Source: Macrostomum lignano
Taxonomy: Eukaryota
NCBI GenBank assembly: GCA_002269645.1
Contig: NIVC01000570.1
Span: forward strand, 248,001-312,000
DNA length: 64,000 nt
Direction of reading: 5' to 3'
The notes under the pieces were generated by a model, which saw only the letters and a program-made list of their open reading frames with translations, made no database searches and was not told the origin of the DNA. Made by a program: the position numbers and the translations under genes. The first letter of the stretch is position 1. Each line of letters begins with the position of its first letter. Positions 30,600-64,000 of this stretch are shown here, piece after piece.

Positions 30600-31795
30600 C
30601 AAGAATGTTTAAGAAAATGTGAGAGAACGTTTGAGACTGTGTGAGAATGTGAGAGAATGTTTGAGATTGTGAGAGAATGTGAGATAATGTTTGAGAGAAT
30701 GTGAAAGAATATTGAGAATGTGTGAGAACGTGTGCGAATATGTGAGAATGTGACAGAATGTAAGAGAATGTGAGAGAATATGTGAGAATGTGTGGGAATG
30801 TGACAGAATTTGAGAGAATGTGAGAAAATGTGTTAGAATGTGAGAGAATGTGTGAGAATTTGAGAGAATGTGTGAGAATGTGTTAGAATGTGAGAGAATG
30901 TGTGAGAATGTGAGAGAATGTGTGAGAATGTGTTAGAATGTGTGAGAATGTGTGAGAATGTGAGAGAATGTGTGAGAATGTGTTAGAATGTGTGAGAATG
31001 TGAGAGAATGTGAGAGAATGTAAGAGAATTTGAGAGAATGTGTGAGAATGTGTTAGAATGTGAGAGAATGTGTGAGAATGTGAGAGAATGTGTGAGAATG
31101 TGTTAGAATGTGTGAGAATGTGAGAGAATGTGTGAGAATGTGAGAGAATGTGTGAGAATGTGTGAGAATGTGAGAGAGTGTGTGAGAATGTGACAGAATT
31201 TGAGAGAATGTGAGAGAATGTGTGAGAATTTATGAGAATGTGACAGAATTTGAGAGAATGTGAGAGAATGTGTGAGAATGTGACAGAATTTGAGAGAATG
31301 TGAGAGAATGTTAGAGAATGTGAGAGAACGTGTGGGAATATGTGAGAATGTGAGAGAATGTAAGAGAATGTGTGAGAATATGTGAGAATGTGAGAGAATG
31401 TTAGAGAATGTGAGAGAATGTGAGAGAATGTGTGAGAATGTGAGAGAATGTGTGAGAATTTTTGAGAATGTGAGAGAGTGTGTGAGAATGTGACAGAATT
31501 TGAGAGAATGTGAGAGAATGTGTGAGAATGTGTGAGAATGTGAGAGAATGTGAGAGAATGTGAGAGAACGTGTGAGAATGTAAGAGAATGTGTGAGAATA
31601 TGTGAGAATGTGAGAGAATGTTAGATAATGTGAGAGAATGTGAGAGAATGTTAGATAATGTGAGAGAATGTGAGAGAATGTTAGATAATGTGAGAGAATG
31701 TGTGAGAATGTGAGAGAATGTGAGAGAATGTGTGAGAATGTGAGAGAATGTGAGAGAATGTTAGAGAATGTGAGAGAATGCGTGAGAGAATGTGA
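30600..31795. repeat. 10-bp satellite (GAGAATGTGA and variants)
   Basis: More than 110 degenerate copies. Confidence 0.96.
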
Positions 31796-32994
31796 GGTAT
31801 AGAAATGTGATAAATTAGCCGTAATGAAGAACACAGCGCTCGTACAAAGCTGCGCGCAGATTAACATTACGAATGTAATTTCATGTACTTTTTCCTCGGC
31901 AGCCGGTAGTGGGCAGGATTTATTGCATTGGCTTTCTATGCCGCCCCTCGCCCAGCATAGCAACCGTCTGGTCACGCATCCTTAACGACTTGACTAAATA
32001 CAAATGAGTGCTGAGGCAGACAGGCACTGCAGTAGAAATCGATCACCTTGCTTCATCTTATCTGAATTCGAATGGCTTCGAAAATTGTCTCCATCAAGCT
32101 TTGATCACTTTGGACTCAATGCAACTTGCGAGATGTTTGCTAAGAGCCGTGGAATGCTAAAGTGCACTCGACACTCTTCAGACCTGTACTCTTACGTATT
32201 TTAAAGGCAGTTATGAAGCACCTACTAGGTTAACTCCAAACTTTCAGCTTCGCGCCTTCTCTCCCGAAGGTCACTTTTCTTCCCCTGAAGTTAACCCCTC
32301 TTCCCCTAAAGTTCACTTTCTTCCCCTGAAGCTCATCTCTCTTACCCTGAAGCTCACCCCATTTTCCCTGAAGCTTGCATGTTCTCCCCTGAAGCTCACC
32401 CCATTTTTTTCTGAAGCTCGCACCTCCTCCCCTTCACATTCTTCCTCGGACACTCATAAAAAACTCCACTGAGACTCCACACTTCAGAGAAGACCTCTTA
32501 GCGCTGAAGGCCGCGATTAGACTTCTCCCCGGCAGACTGGCTGCAAATATGCTAGATTAGCCTGTGCAGAACTCGGTGCAACTTCGGCATCAGGAGGCCA
32601 GCATGCACTCGTGAGCCACCCAATCAGCTACATTCTTTCATTGTGTGCCCTCGCGGCAGCTTCCGGGAATTTTTATTGGGAGGGGGGGGAAGGAAACAGC
32701 TGACTGTCCAGAGTCTTCCTCCAAAAGCAGAAATCTGCAACGGTCAACAGAAGAAGCAGCAACAGGGCTCGCACAACTCGATCCTGGGGAAGTTAAAAAG
32801 TTCTTGTTTTCTCGTGTTCCCACTGGCCACCCAGTAGACGCCAGCAGCTCTTCTTACCAACGATTTATACATGCAGTTGCCCGGGGGGGGGGGGCTTGGA
32901 GCAGAATTGATTTTCATTGATTTTGTCATGGAGTACAACATCTGAGATCTGGGGTGGAACTAGACTCGAGTCCAAAATACACTTTCCAACTAAC

Positions 32995-33950
32995 TTTGTA
33001 GCCAAAGGGGTTGTAGCCAAAGGGGTTGTAGCCAAAGGGGTTGTAGCCAAAGGGGTTGTAGCCAAAGGGGTTGTAGCCAAAGGGGTTGTAGCCAAAGGGA
33101 TTGTATCCAAAGGTGTTTTAGCCAAAGGGGTTGTAGCCAAAGGGATTGTAGCCAAAGGGATTGTAGCCAAAGGGGTTGTAGCCAAAGGGATTGTAGCCAA
33201 AGGGATTGTAGCCAAAGGGGTTGTAGCCAAAGGGATTGTAGCCAAAGGGGTTGTAGCCAAAGGGGTTGTAGCCAAAGGGGTTGTAGCCAAAGGGATTGTA
33301 GCCAAAGGGGTTGTAGCCAAAGGGGTTGTAGCCAAAGGGGTTGTAGCCAAAGTGAGTTGTATCTACAAAATGAGTTGTAGCCAAAGGGGTTGTAGCCAAA
33401 GTGAGTTGTATCTACAAAATGAGTTGTAGCCAAAGGGGTTGTAGCCAAAGTGAGTTGTATCTAAAAATGAGTTGTAGCCAAAGGGGTTGTAGCCAAAGGG
33501 GTTGTAGCCAAAGGGGTTGTAGCCAAAGGGGTTGTAGCCAAAGGGATTGTAGCCAAAGGGGTTGTAGCCAAAGGGGTTGTAGCCAAAGGGGTTGTAGCCA
33601 AAGTGAGTTGTATCTACAAAATGAGTTGTAGCCAAAGGGGTTGTAGCCAAAGTGAGTTGTATCTACAAAATGAGTTGTAGCCAAAGGGGTTGTAGCCAAA
33701 GGGGTTGTAGCCAAAGGGGTTGTAGCCAAAGTGAGTTGTATCTACAAAATGAGTTGTAGCCAAAGTGGTTGTAGCCAAAGGGGTTGTAGCCAAAGGGGTT
33801 GTAGCCAAAGAGGTTGTAGCCAAAGTGAGTTGTATCCACAAAATGAGTTGTAGACAAAGGGGTTGTAGCCAAAGGGGTTGTAGCCAAAGAGGTTGTAGCC
33901 AAAGTGAGTTGTATCCACAAAATGAGTTGTAGACAAAGGGGTTGTAGCCT
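32995..33950. repeat. 15-bp minisatellite (GGGGTTGTAGCCAAA) with interspersed GTGAGTTGTATCTACAAAATGAGTTGTAGCCAAA units
   Basis: Tandem copies run directly into the SINE head at 33938. Confidence 0.97.
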
Positions 33951-34058
33951 AATGATTAGAGCGTCGGATTCTCGACTGAAAGGTCGGGGGTTCGATTCTC
34001 GACCCACTCGGAACAATTTGTGTCCTTGAGCCCAGTCCTTGGACTGAACAGCCGTATG
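33938..34058 (+). mobile_element. tRNA-derived SINE copy (head plus internally deleted body)
   Basis: A-box-like TAGCCTAATGA (33945) and B-box GGTTCGATTC (33989) with an imperfect cloverleaf. Followed by ACAATTTGTGTCCTTGAGC|CCAGTCCTTGGACTGAACAGCCGTA; both segments are shared with the copy at 58919-59107. Confidence 0.8.
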
Positions 34059-34779
34059 CCCATTATGGCAGGTGTGATAAATATAAGCAACTAATTGTTT
34101 TGAGGTTTGAGTGTTCCTATTCCAGCATCGTCAAAGCCGCATCGTCAAAGAAAATGAAGTAGCAGCTGATAATTCGCTCATTAGTTAAGTTTCTCTCCAG
34201 ACAATTGATCTGGTACTCCATGATTGAGTACTCAGCTCCATGCAGCCCTGCCTACGCCTATATGGGCGCCACAACAGCTAACTCAGCTATTGTGCGGCCT
34301 CAGCTCCGCAGAACTGATCGATCAATCATTGATTGCAGCTCGGCCGGGGGTCGATCTGGCCCAGACCTGATGAGAGCTCACCAGTTGCTTGAGTAAGTGC
34401 CGGCGCGTGTTTTTTCCAAACTCCGACCAGCTCCGAAGATGAGGAAGCAGGATTTTCAAGGGGAAAGAAGGAAAAATTGAATCCCAAGTTCAGCAGACAG
34501 CATGGCCGGACAAATTGCCAATTAATAATTCGCTCAATCACAGAAATCTTTATTGAGCATGAGGTCTCTAGTGAAATCTGTTTCTTTCACGGCGGAGACC
34601 ATCGAAGCTGAAGAGCCGCTACCGCTCAGCCTCCGCTGTCGCTCTCTTTGGCCCGCTCGCATTGGTCAGCGTCGGAACTTGCGAGGATCGAATGGCCAAG
34701 CTGGCATATGTAAGGGGATTCCAAGATTCTATTGGAACTGCCGCCCAGCTTGACAGATTCTGCGTCACTCCTCGCCAGC

Positions 34780-35463
34780 ATGACAGGCACCGGCTATGAT
34801 CAGCTCAACAGCAGCTTGGCGCCCAACAAGTCCGTGTTCGACTCCCAGCGCCTGGCCAGGCCGTCGGTCTACCGGCACTGCGGCCGAGCCAGCCTGGCCA
34901 TCGGGGTCGTCTGCCTGCTGGCCGAGATCTCCGTGTTCGTGGTCAAACGCGGCCTGAGCAGCGCCGGGGTCGGCATCTGGACTGGGGCGCCGTTCGTCAT
35001 CTTTGGCGCAGTGACCCTGGCGGTGCCGAGGACTCGAACGGTGTGCTCGGTGAACACCTGCTTCGCGCTGGGCCTGGTCTCCATGCTCATGTCGGCCGTC
35101 GGTGCGGCAGCCTGCGCTCGGCACATCGGCGAGCTGGCCGACATTCTGGACAGTCGTTCGACTCCGCAACCGAACTTTGAGCTGTCCTGCCGAGCGTGCG
35201 GGTACTACATCATACTGAAGGAAGTTGTGCAGATCGGCCTGCTGCTGCTACAGCTGGCGGTTTCAGCCGCACTGGCCTGCTTTGCCTACGCCGACTGTTT
35301 GTGCTGTCAGGCCACGGAGACCGAGGTCATCCTAGGCGGCAACGGTGGCTGTGGCGATGGCCGAGGCGGAAGCGGCGGTGGTGGTGGTGCGTCGACAACT
35401 GTCATGGAGAATCAGAACACCTCTCCGGCTCCACCGCCACTGCCCAGACCAGCTTTACTGGCC

Positions 35464-35496
<33 letters not shown>

Positions 35497-35661
35497 CAAC
35501 AACAGCAGCAGCATCAATATTCTGCGAACGCGGCTGGGTCTGCAGCCACTGCGTCATCGTCCGTGTCCTATGTTGGACAGCGTCAGGCGGGGGGCAGGTC
35601 CGCCGCACAACCGCATCCTGGCGGCAGTTTTGGCCCGCCACCGATGCTCTACGATTTGTGA
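34780..35661 (+). CDS. MS4A/CD20-like four-TM protein with poly-Q tail (293 aa, single coding exon)
   Basis: Four hydrophobic helices with the G-x-G-I-W-x-G...G signature (AGVGIWTGAPFVIFG), a Cys-rich post-TM4 segment (DCLCC), a Pro-rich segment and a CAG poly-Q. Exon-like GC content. Confidence 0.75.
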
Positions 35662-36321
35662 TGATGCTCTACGATGTGTGATGATGCTCTACGATTTGTG
35701 ATGATGCTCTACGATGTGTGATGATGCTCTACGATTTGTGATGATGCTCTACGATTTGTGATGATGCTCTACGATGTGTGATGATGCTCTACGATTTGTG
35801 ATGATGCTCTACGATTTGTGATGATGCTCTACGGTTTGTGATGATGCTCTACGGTTTGTGATGATGCTCTACGGTTTGTGATGATGCTCTACGGTTTGTG
35901 ATGATGCTCTACGGTTTGTGATGATGCTCTACGGTTTGTGATGATGCTCTACGATTTGTGATGATCCTGTACGGTTTGTGATGATGCTCTACGGTTTGTG
36001 ATGATGCTCTACGGTTTGTGATGATTCTCTACGATTTGTGATGATGCTCTACGGTTTGTGATGATACTCTACGGTTTGTGATGATGCTCTACGATTTTTG
36101 ATGATGCTCTACGGTTTTTGATGATGCTATACGATTTGTGATGATTCTCTATGGTTTGTGATGATGCTCTCCGGTTTGTGATGATGCTCTACGGTTTGTG
36201 ATGATGCTCTACGATTTGTGATGATGCTCTACGGTTTGTGATGATGCTCTACGGTTTGTGATGATGCTCTACGATTTGTGATGATGCTCTACGATTTGTG
36301 ATGATTCTCTATGGTTTGTGA
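35643..36321. repeat. 20-bp minisatellite (ATGCTCTACGATTTGTGATG) starting in the last codons of the MS4A-like gene
   Basis: About 34 copies; the first copy encodes M-L-Y-D-L-stop. Confidence 0.97.
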
Positions 36322-38219
36322 TATAGTCAATTCTCTACAAATTTTATCTGCGGTTTATCAACACTAATTACAAACTTATCCACCATTTTATACTTCGATG
36401 TACTGCATATGTTATTAAAAATGCTCTAAGATTGGCTGGACCGTCAGTATTGACTTGTTTTGGGTGACTTACTTAGGTGAAAACCTGACTTAGAAAAGTT
36501 CCTAAAGTTTCTTTCTAAAAGAATTGATTACTAATAATCATATTTCTATATTGCTAAAACATTTTATAGTATGAATGTCGTAGAGTGGGGTTGTTGGCTT
36601 AGTGGGGGTTGTTGGTTGAGTGGGGGTTGTTGGCGGAGTGGGGTTGTTGATGGAATTGAAAATTCCGCGTAAAGCAAAACATATTTCTCTTTTTTAAATT
36701 ACTGAGCAAACAATGAACAATCCTTTTGATATGTACTTTTTGTACATATACCTGCCTACTAAAAGTAAACGTTAGCGAATTTTCAAAGAAACGAACTTAC
36801 TTAAGTCAATAATCGTGCATATCTTACAGTTGAAATTTGATGTAAGCACAATTTCCATTTCGGTGCCTCCTTCGCCTTTTCGGAATTTGCAAACAATAAA
36901 AAACAAGAGGTCATTAGTAGCAGACTTGACATGGGAAAAATATTGATTTACTGACCGAGACAGAGTATAATATATTTACTTAAATATAGAAACAATCCAC
37001 AGCTGAACTCGCGACCAAACTGTGCGTTCAATCTCGGATCGCGCGTAAATAGACAGGACGCAGTGTACTAAAGAATAATGCCGAGATCGTTAGAAGTCAG
37101 TCAAGCAGGAGGCACGCGGTTTCCTGGGCCGCAGGTATCGAGGCTGTACAGATCAGCGTCTGTGGCGCAGAAACCAACCTAGAAAGTCGTTGATGAGGTC
37201 TTGCTCTGATGAAGGGGGAACCATGCAGTGTTCATCAAAAATAGCATAAGTGCAGGCTAGCCGATGTTCGGTGAGTTAAAAAATAGAAGTGCAACGCTGT
37301 GACACAAAAGCAAGCAATCGGTCACAGAGAAGGTAAATAGCATGCGAAGGCAAAGCATTTCTATACGGTAATTTAGTGACGATTCATTCAGCATAATGCT
37401 TACAACAGTAGAATTTCCAACGCAATTATGAAGGAGTAGCTTTGCAATATAGGCTCAAAACATTCGACATCAATTGCGAGTGGAACAGCAAGTGAAAAGT
37501 TAGAAAATGATGCCAAAAAATAACTGCGTCTTCAATCTTTGAGACTCCCATTGAGACTCGATAGAGTCTCGGTGTGTCTATCATCTGTCCGAACTTCAAT
37601 AAATGCAACACACTGGATGACATCATAAAATAGTTGGATGAACGTATAAAATTCATTAATTTGCAAACAGATAAAAAAGAAACTGATAATCACATGCATT
37701 GTTACATTTTCGCTATTGGAATGCTGGTCTCAGTTAGTTGTGTAGCTTCCAAAACGATGTGGACGGACAGAGCAAGTACATGTAGTGTCGTGTGCGAGCG
37801 AGTAAGGGTGACAGTTCTACAGTTTATCGAATTGTTCAACAATGCCTGTTGGATTTAAGCAAACTGCTTTATCGTGAAGAAACCGGTTTTGGGGACTTTT
37901 GAAAAACTGACTTCTTATAGTTTCTCAGAGACATCTCGGACTGCTGTCTGCAGATCAAGGATGTTGTCGAGAAGGGGAACTCTTTCGATGCGTGGCTTCG
38001 TGCATCAGGAATTGACGGCCACGAGACTCTCGGGTCGGTTGATGCCCCTGCCCGGCCGGTTATTTGTGGACTCCCTGTTGCCCATCGGACTGTTCGCCGC
38101 CGCGGTGTCGACACCGTTGGCGTCTGCAATGTCGCGAGTTGACTTTTTAGCTATGGGGCTATGGGGGAGAAGTCTGACATTGACTGTTAAAAGATGTAGC
38201 CTCGAGGAGTAGGAAGTTT

Positions 38220-38646
<427 letters not shown>

Positions 38647-39309
38647 ACAGCGTGAATCTGAAGATTCCGAACGGCAAGCTTTAATTTAATCACGATAAAA
38701 TTAAAAGTATTGTTAACAAACAGTACTCACTTGCAAAGTTGGTATTGTGAATAAGTATCCTTGGTTCACCAGCAGTGCTCAGTTGGTCAACGTGGTTTTC
38801 ATCTGTCAAAGGTGTGTTCAGATTGTTCATCATGCTTTTGAACGAAAATTACTTCAATATGATTTGTTAGTTTTTCGAGTCAATTGCACGGCAGACGGCA
38901 CAAATATGTTGTAATTAGTTGAACTGAATTCAAATATAAAATAAGTGCAAAATTCGTTGTTAAAACCGTTGCTCTGTTTTGAGAATCGCATTTTTACGTC
39001 ATTCTCAAACAATACTCAGAACAAAACTAACTCCTTGTCTCAACTAAATATGACAAAATTACTGGGGTCAAAGACATCAATACAGCCACGTGGCAACAGG
39101 GTCTGTTAGAAACTCGTTAGTTTGAAGGTGCAACATCACTGAACTTCAAACTGTGAAGGTTCGTGGAGCAGTATTTTTAGTACTGAAGTCCCGAAAACTT
39201 CTAAATTGTAGTTTATCCCTTCAATATTTTTCTTCAAAAGTCTTGCTAATTTTACAGATGTAATTACCTAATCTCACACATCTTTGATAACTATCCAATT
39301 GATTTGTAA

Positions 39310-40525
39310 GTTATCTAATCGATGTGTTATCTAACTAACCGATCTGTGATCTAACTAACCGATCTGTGATCTAACTAACCGATCTGTTATCTAACCATCC
39401 TATCTGTTATCTAACTAACCGATCTGTTATCTAACCATCCTATCTGTTATCTAACTAACCGATCTGTTATCTAACCATCCTATCTGTTATATAACTAACC
39501 GATCTGTTATCTAACCATCCTATCTGTTATCTAACTAACCGATCTGTTATCTAACCATCCTATCTGTTATCTAACTAACCGATCTGTTATCTAACCATCC
39601 TATCTGTTATCTAACTAACCGATCTGTTATCTAACCATCCTATCTGTTATCTAACTAACCGATCTGTTATCTAACCACCCTATCTGTTATCTAACTAACC
39701 GATCTGTTATCTAACCATCCTATCTGTTATATAACTATCCGATCTGTTATCTAACCATCCTATCTGTTGTCTAACCGTCCGATCTGTTATCTAGCTAATC
39801 GATCTGTTATCTAGCTAATCGATCTGTTATCTAGCTAATCGATCTGTTATCTAACTATCCGATCTGTTATCTAACCATCCTATCTGTTGTCTAACCGTCC
39901 GATCTGTTATCTAGCTAATCGATCTGTTATCTAACCATCCTATCTGTTATCTAACCATCCTATCTGTTGTCTAACCGTCCGATCTGTTATCTAGCTAATC
40001 GATCTGTTATCTAGCTAATCGATCTGTTATCTAGCTAATCGATCTGTTATCTAGCTAATCGATCTGTTATCTAGCTAATCGATCTGTTATCTAGCTAATC
40101 GATCTGTTATCTAGTTAATCGATCTGTTATCTAGCTAATCGATCTGTTATCTAGCTAATCGATCTGTTATCTAGCTAATCGATCTGTTATCTAGCTAATC
40201 GATCTGTTATCTAACTATCCGATCTGTTATCTAACCATCCTATCTGTTGTCTAACCGTCCGATCTGTTATCTAGCTAATCGATCTGTTATCTAGCTAATC
40301 GATCTGTTATCTAGCTAATCGATCTGTTATCTAGCTAATCGATCTGTTATCTAGCTAATCGATCTGTTATCTAGCTAATCGATCTGTTATCTAGCTAATC
40401 GATCTGTTATCTAGTTAATCGATCTGTTATCTAGCTAATCGATCTGTTATCTAGCTAATCGATCTGTTATCTAGCTAATCGATCTGTTATCTAGCTAATC
40501 GATCTGTTATCTAGCTAATCGATCT
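39310..40525. repeat. 20-bp minisatellite (GATCTGTTATCTAGCTAATC and variants)
   Basis: About 60 copies; an alternating dimer in the 5' half and a homogeneous variant in the 3' half. Confidence 0.96.
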
Positions 40526-40562
40526 ATTCTCTCAAATAGCCTTCTCCCTACTGCGCCAATCC

Positions 40563-61151
<20,589 letters not shown>

Positions 61152-62157
61152 CGGATGGAACTACCGGATGGGTCCGGCCTGGGCTGAGACTCGGAATTGA
61201 TTAACTCGGTCAGCAGATGGGGGGTGTCTCGCTGGGAGAGAGTTCTCAGCAGACGGGTCGGTAGAACAGAACAAAGCTTTGGAACAGAGCTGACTGCGAG
61301 TAGCTGTCCACAATTTACGGCCTCAGCAGTCGTGGGGGATGCGCTGCATCACCGGATGGAGGATGGGGCAGCTGGGACCACAGACGGGGCAGGGCCGCGA
61401 CCAATACAGCGCTCATTCGCTCGAAGCCGAAGGCCCCGGCAAGGGAAGAGCGCAGACAGGGGCAGAGCTGGGACGGGGAAGAAAAGTGGTGAGACAAAAA
61501 TTAAAAGCTTGGGCGTTGCCGCTCGAGAGAGAGAGAGAGAGAGTAGACGAGAACCGAGGGAGCTTCTAATGGTCTCTCCCCAGTTGGGTAGACTACAGGT
61601 GGGGAGATACAAGCGATCGTTTGTCTCCAGGTGGAACAAAACACTATAGGAAACCGGATGCCGGATGCAGGGCTTCGATGGCAGCAGTGCTTTTCAATTG
61701 TAAAATCACTAGTATACAGTTTACAGAGAATTCATTTTAATAGGAATCATGCAACAAAAACAAAAATCTGCCTGTAACAGCGGCAGGCGGCAGTCATTGC
61801 TTCATCACTGCGTCAGTGCAAATGTTTTTATTCTTATCTTATCTTCTTACGGTCACAAATTGTCTCTCCACTGTCACAAGCTGTCTCTCCACTGTCTCAA
61901 ACTGTCCCTCCACTGTCTCAAACTGTCCCTCCACTGTAAAAAATTGAGACAGCAGCATTTTAAGTAACACAAGTTGCAGTGCAGGCAGTGTACCGATCGC
62001 ATCTGAGAGAGATCTCCGAATCTTCGCAGCTAATGAGCAAAGCATGCGGTTGCTGCAGCAATCGATTTTCGATCGCCAGACGGCCTGTAAGACGAGAGCC
62101 CGTAGTACTTTTTGTTCCACAGAAAATCGATTCGTCACCTGCGTTTTGACCGCCTTC

Positions 62158-62483
<326 letters not shown>

Positions 62484-63044
62484 GCTTGACCCGCTCTGCT
62501 TGATCCGCTGCGAGCGGTAAATGCGTATGATCAATGTAAGACTTTTACTGCACACCTTAGCAGGTCTGGGGGTTAACATTGACTGGCGCTGAGCCAACGG
62601 GGCCGTCTGAAGCGACCGGTTGGGGGCTCGGCTGTCCAAAGAGGCTTAGGCTGGGGATTAACAACTTTCACAGCGATCGCCAATGCCCCTGGAAATGTGC
62701 TATTGATCCACAGTCTGTGCTCGCCTCTTTCAATTTTCTTTTCCATCAGTTCCCTCTCCTATCTCTGCATTCGTTCATTGACTTGGGACTTTGGACTATT
62801 GGGCTGGCGAAATCGAGTCTGACGATAGTGCTTTGAGGATTCTAAGTTCTTATGAAACTGAAAGCGCTGAGAAGTTTGGCGACAGAAGTGAGACAGAACA
62901 GGGTTTATAGTGCAGTCGGAGCGGTGATACATCCAGACTCTTATACCAAAGTCCTGGGTTCGATTCTTGAGTAGACAGGGACTGGCTTATCTTAGTTGGC
63001 AAGTGCTAGATTACTACGAACTAAGGACGTTGCATAAGTGCATG

Positions 63045-63372
63045 TACTCAGACAGGACAGAGGTTGCAAAAGTACTCAGACAGGACAGAGGTTGCAAAAG
63101 TACTCAGACAGGACAGAGGTTGCATAAGTACTCAGACAGGACAGAGGTTGCATAAGTACTCAGACAGGACAGAGGTTGCATAAGTACTCAGACAGGACAG
63201 AGGTTGCATAAGTACTCAGACAGGACAGAGGTTGCATAAGTACTCAGACAGGACAGAGGTTGCATAAGTACTCAGACAGGACAGAGGTTGAAAAAGTACA
63301 CAGGCAGAACAAAGACAGGACACATGTTGCAAAAGTACACAGACAGGACACAGGTTGCAAAAGTACACAGAT
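63045..63372. repeat. 28-bp minisatellite (AAGTACTCAGACAGGACAGAGGTTGCAT)
   Basis: About 11 copies. Confidence 0.94.
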
Positions 63373-63415
63373 CACAGCTCGCCCTACAGAAGCCCCATCC
63401 CAAGCAAGTGCTCAC

Positions 63416-63680
63416 AGCCTGTACAGTCGAAACGCGGCTCTCGCCCATGGTCCTATTAACAGCCAGCTGGGATCACCCTCGCCGTCGCCCTCGAAGGCGT
63501 CGCCAGTCAGCTGGTTCGCCGTACTCGGCGACAGACGGCCAGCCTCGGCCAGGACGGCCAAGTTGAAGGCCGCCTCCGGGTCGCCCTTGGCAACCGCGCG
63601 AGTGTAAAAATCCACGGCGGCGCTCAGGTTGGAGGCGTGCGCCAAGCCCAGGCTGTGGTAGTCTCCCATGCGCGTCAGCG
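63416..63680 (-). CDS. Internal exon of a Sel1-repeat (SEL1L-like) protein
   Basis: Acceptor TTTCCTCAG| then (A)LTRMGDYHSLGLAHASNLSAAVDFYTRAVAKGDPEAAFNLAVLAEAG, which fits the Sel1 pattern (A...LG..Y..G......A..Y..A...G...A.FNL). Candidate donor CT|GTGAGC at 63415. The gene begins outside the window. Confidence 0.7.
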
Positions 63681-64000
63681 CTGAGGAAAGAATGGTTATG
63701 CCCCGCTTAGCCTACTCTCGGGTTTTGTTCAGTAGTGTGACTGGCCCTGGAAGCCCAGGTATTGTTAAATTATTCGCGTGCATTCAATCTATCAAATTAG
63801 ATAAATTCTCGTATTTCTTGCATCTCTCGCAACTGTCTGTCGTATATGTCGTGCTCCTTCCGTCTTTGTCAATTCGCTTAAACTCTAATTCAAAATATTC
63901 GGTGAGATCTGAAGATCACTCTTCTATAACTTGAAGAGCAGCCAGTCAACTTCTATAGGTGAAGTATTCATAAATTTTAGCAGCCAAGTTGGTGTCTTAG

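Noticed and set aside
33938-34012. Functional tRNA gene (Glu/Arg-like)
   Set aside because: The anticodon and T stems are imperfect and the sequence continues into a SINE body shared with another copy, so it is treated as a SINE head.
37195-37250. CTGATGA as a hammerhead ribozyme core (Penelope-type)
   Set aside because: No stem II followed by GAAA and no flanking stems could be found.
37426-37656. 76-aa minus-strand ORF
   Set aside because: AT-rich, no recognisable motif and no consistent splice signals.
62930-62985. tRNA/SINE-like remnant with GGTTCGATTC B-box
   Set aside because: Only the B-box is recognisable; there is no convincing A-box, cloverleaf or SINE body.

Overview
Eukaryotic (animal) genomic DNA with GC-rich exons, GT-AG introns and about 35 different mini- and microsatellite arrays. 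This style resembles a free-living flatworm such as Macrostomum, which is an inference and not proven. Most long ORFs in the track are artefacts of tandem repeats. Spliced genes built by hand from splice signals and frame continuity: a DEG/ENaC channel (5' part, minus), a 3-exon claudin/PMP22-like tetraspan (plus), an orphan Cys-rich ORF with a signal peptide (minus), a 3-exon SK/KCNN channel (minus), a 7-exon AFAP-like double-PH adaptor with three microexons (plus), a single-exon MS4A/CD20-like protein (plus), a 6-7-exon Shaw/Kv3 channel with a GC-AG first intron (minus), and one exon of a Sel1-repeat protein (minus). Mobile DNA: two internally deleted Tc1/IS630-type elements, a related MITE, and two copies of a tRNA-headed CORE-like SINE. 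The standout is a ~3.1 kb Polinton/Maverick-type remnant (AGTAGT...ACTACT termini, 6-bp ATAGTC target duplication, virus-like ORFs). It sits inside a minisatellite inside Shaw intron 4 and is itself interrupted by a Tc1-like element. A recurring pattern is tandem arrays whose unit is copied from a functional boundary (stop codon, splice donor, SINE 5' end).
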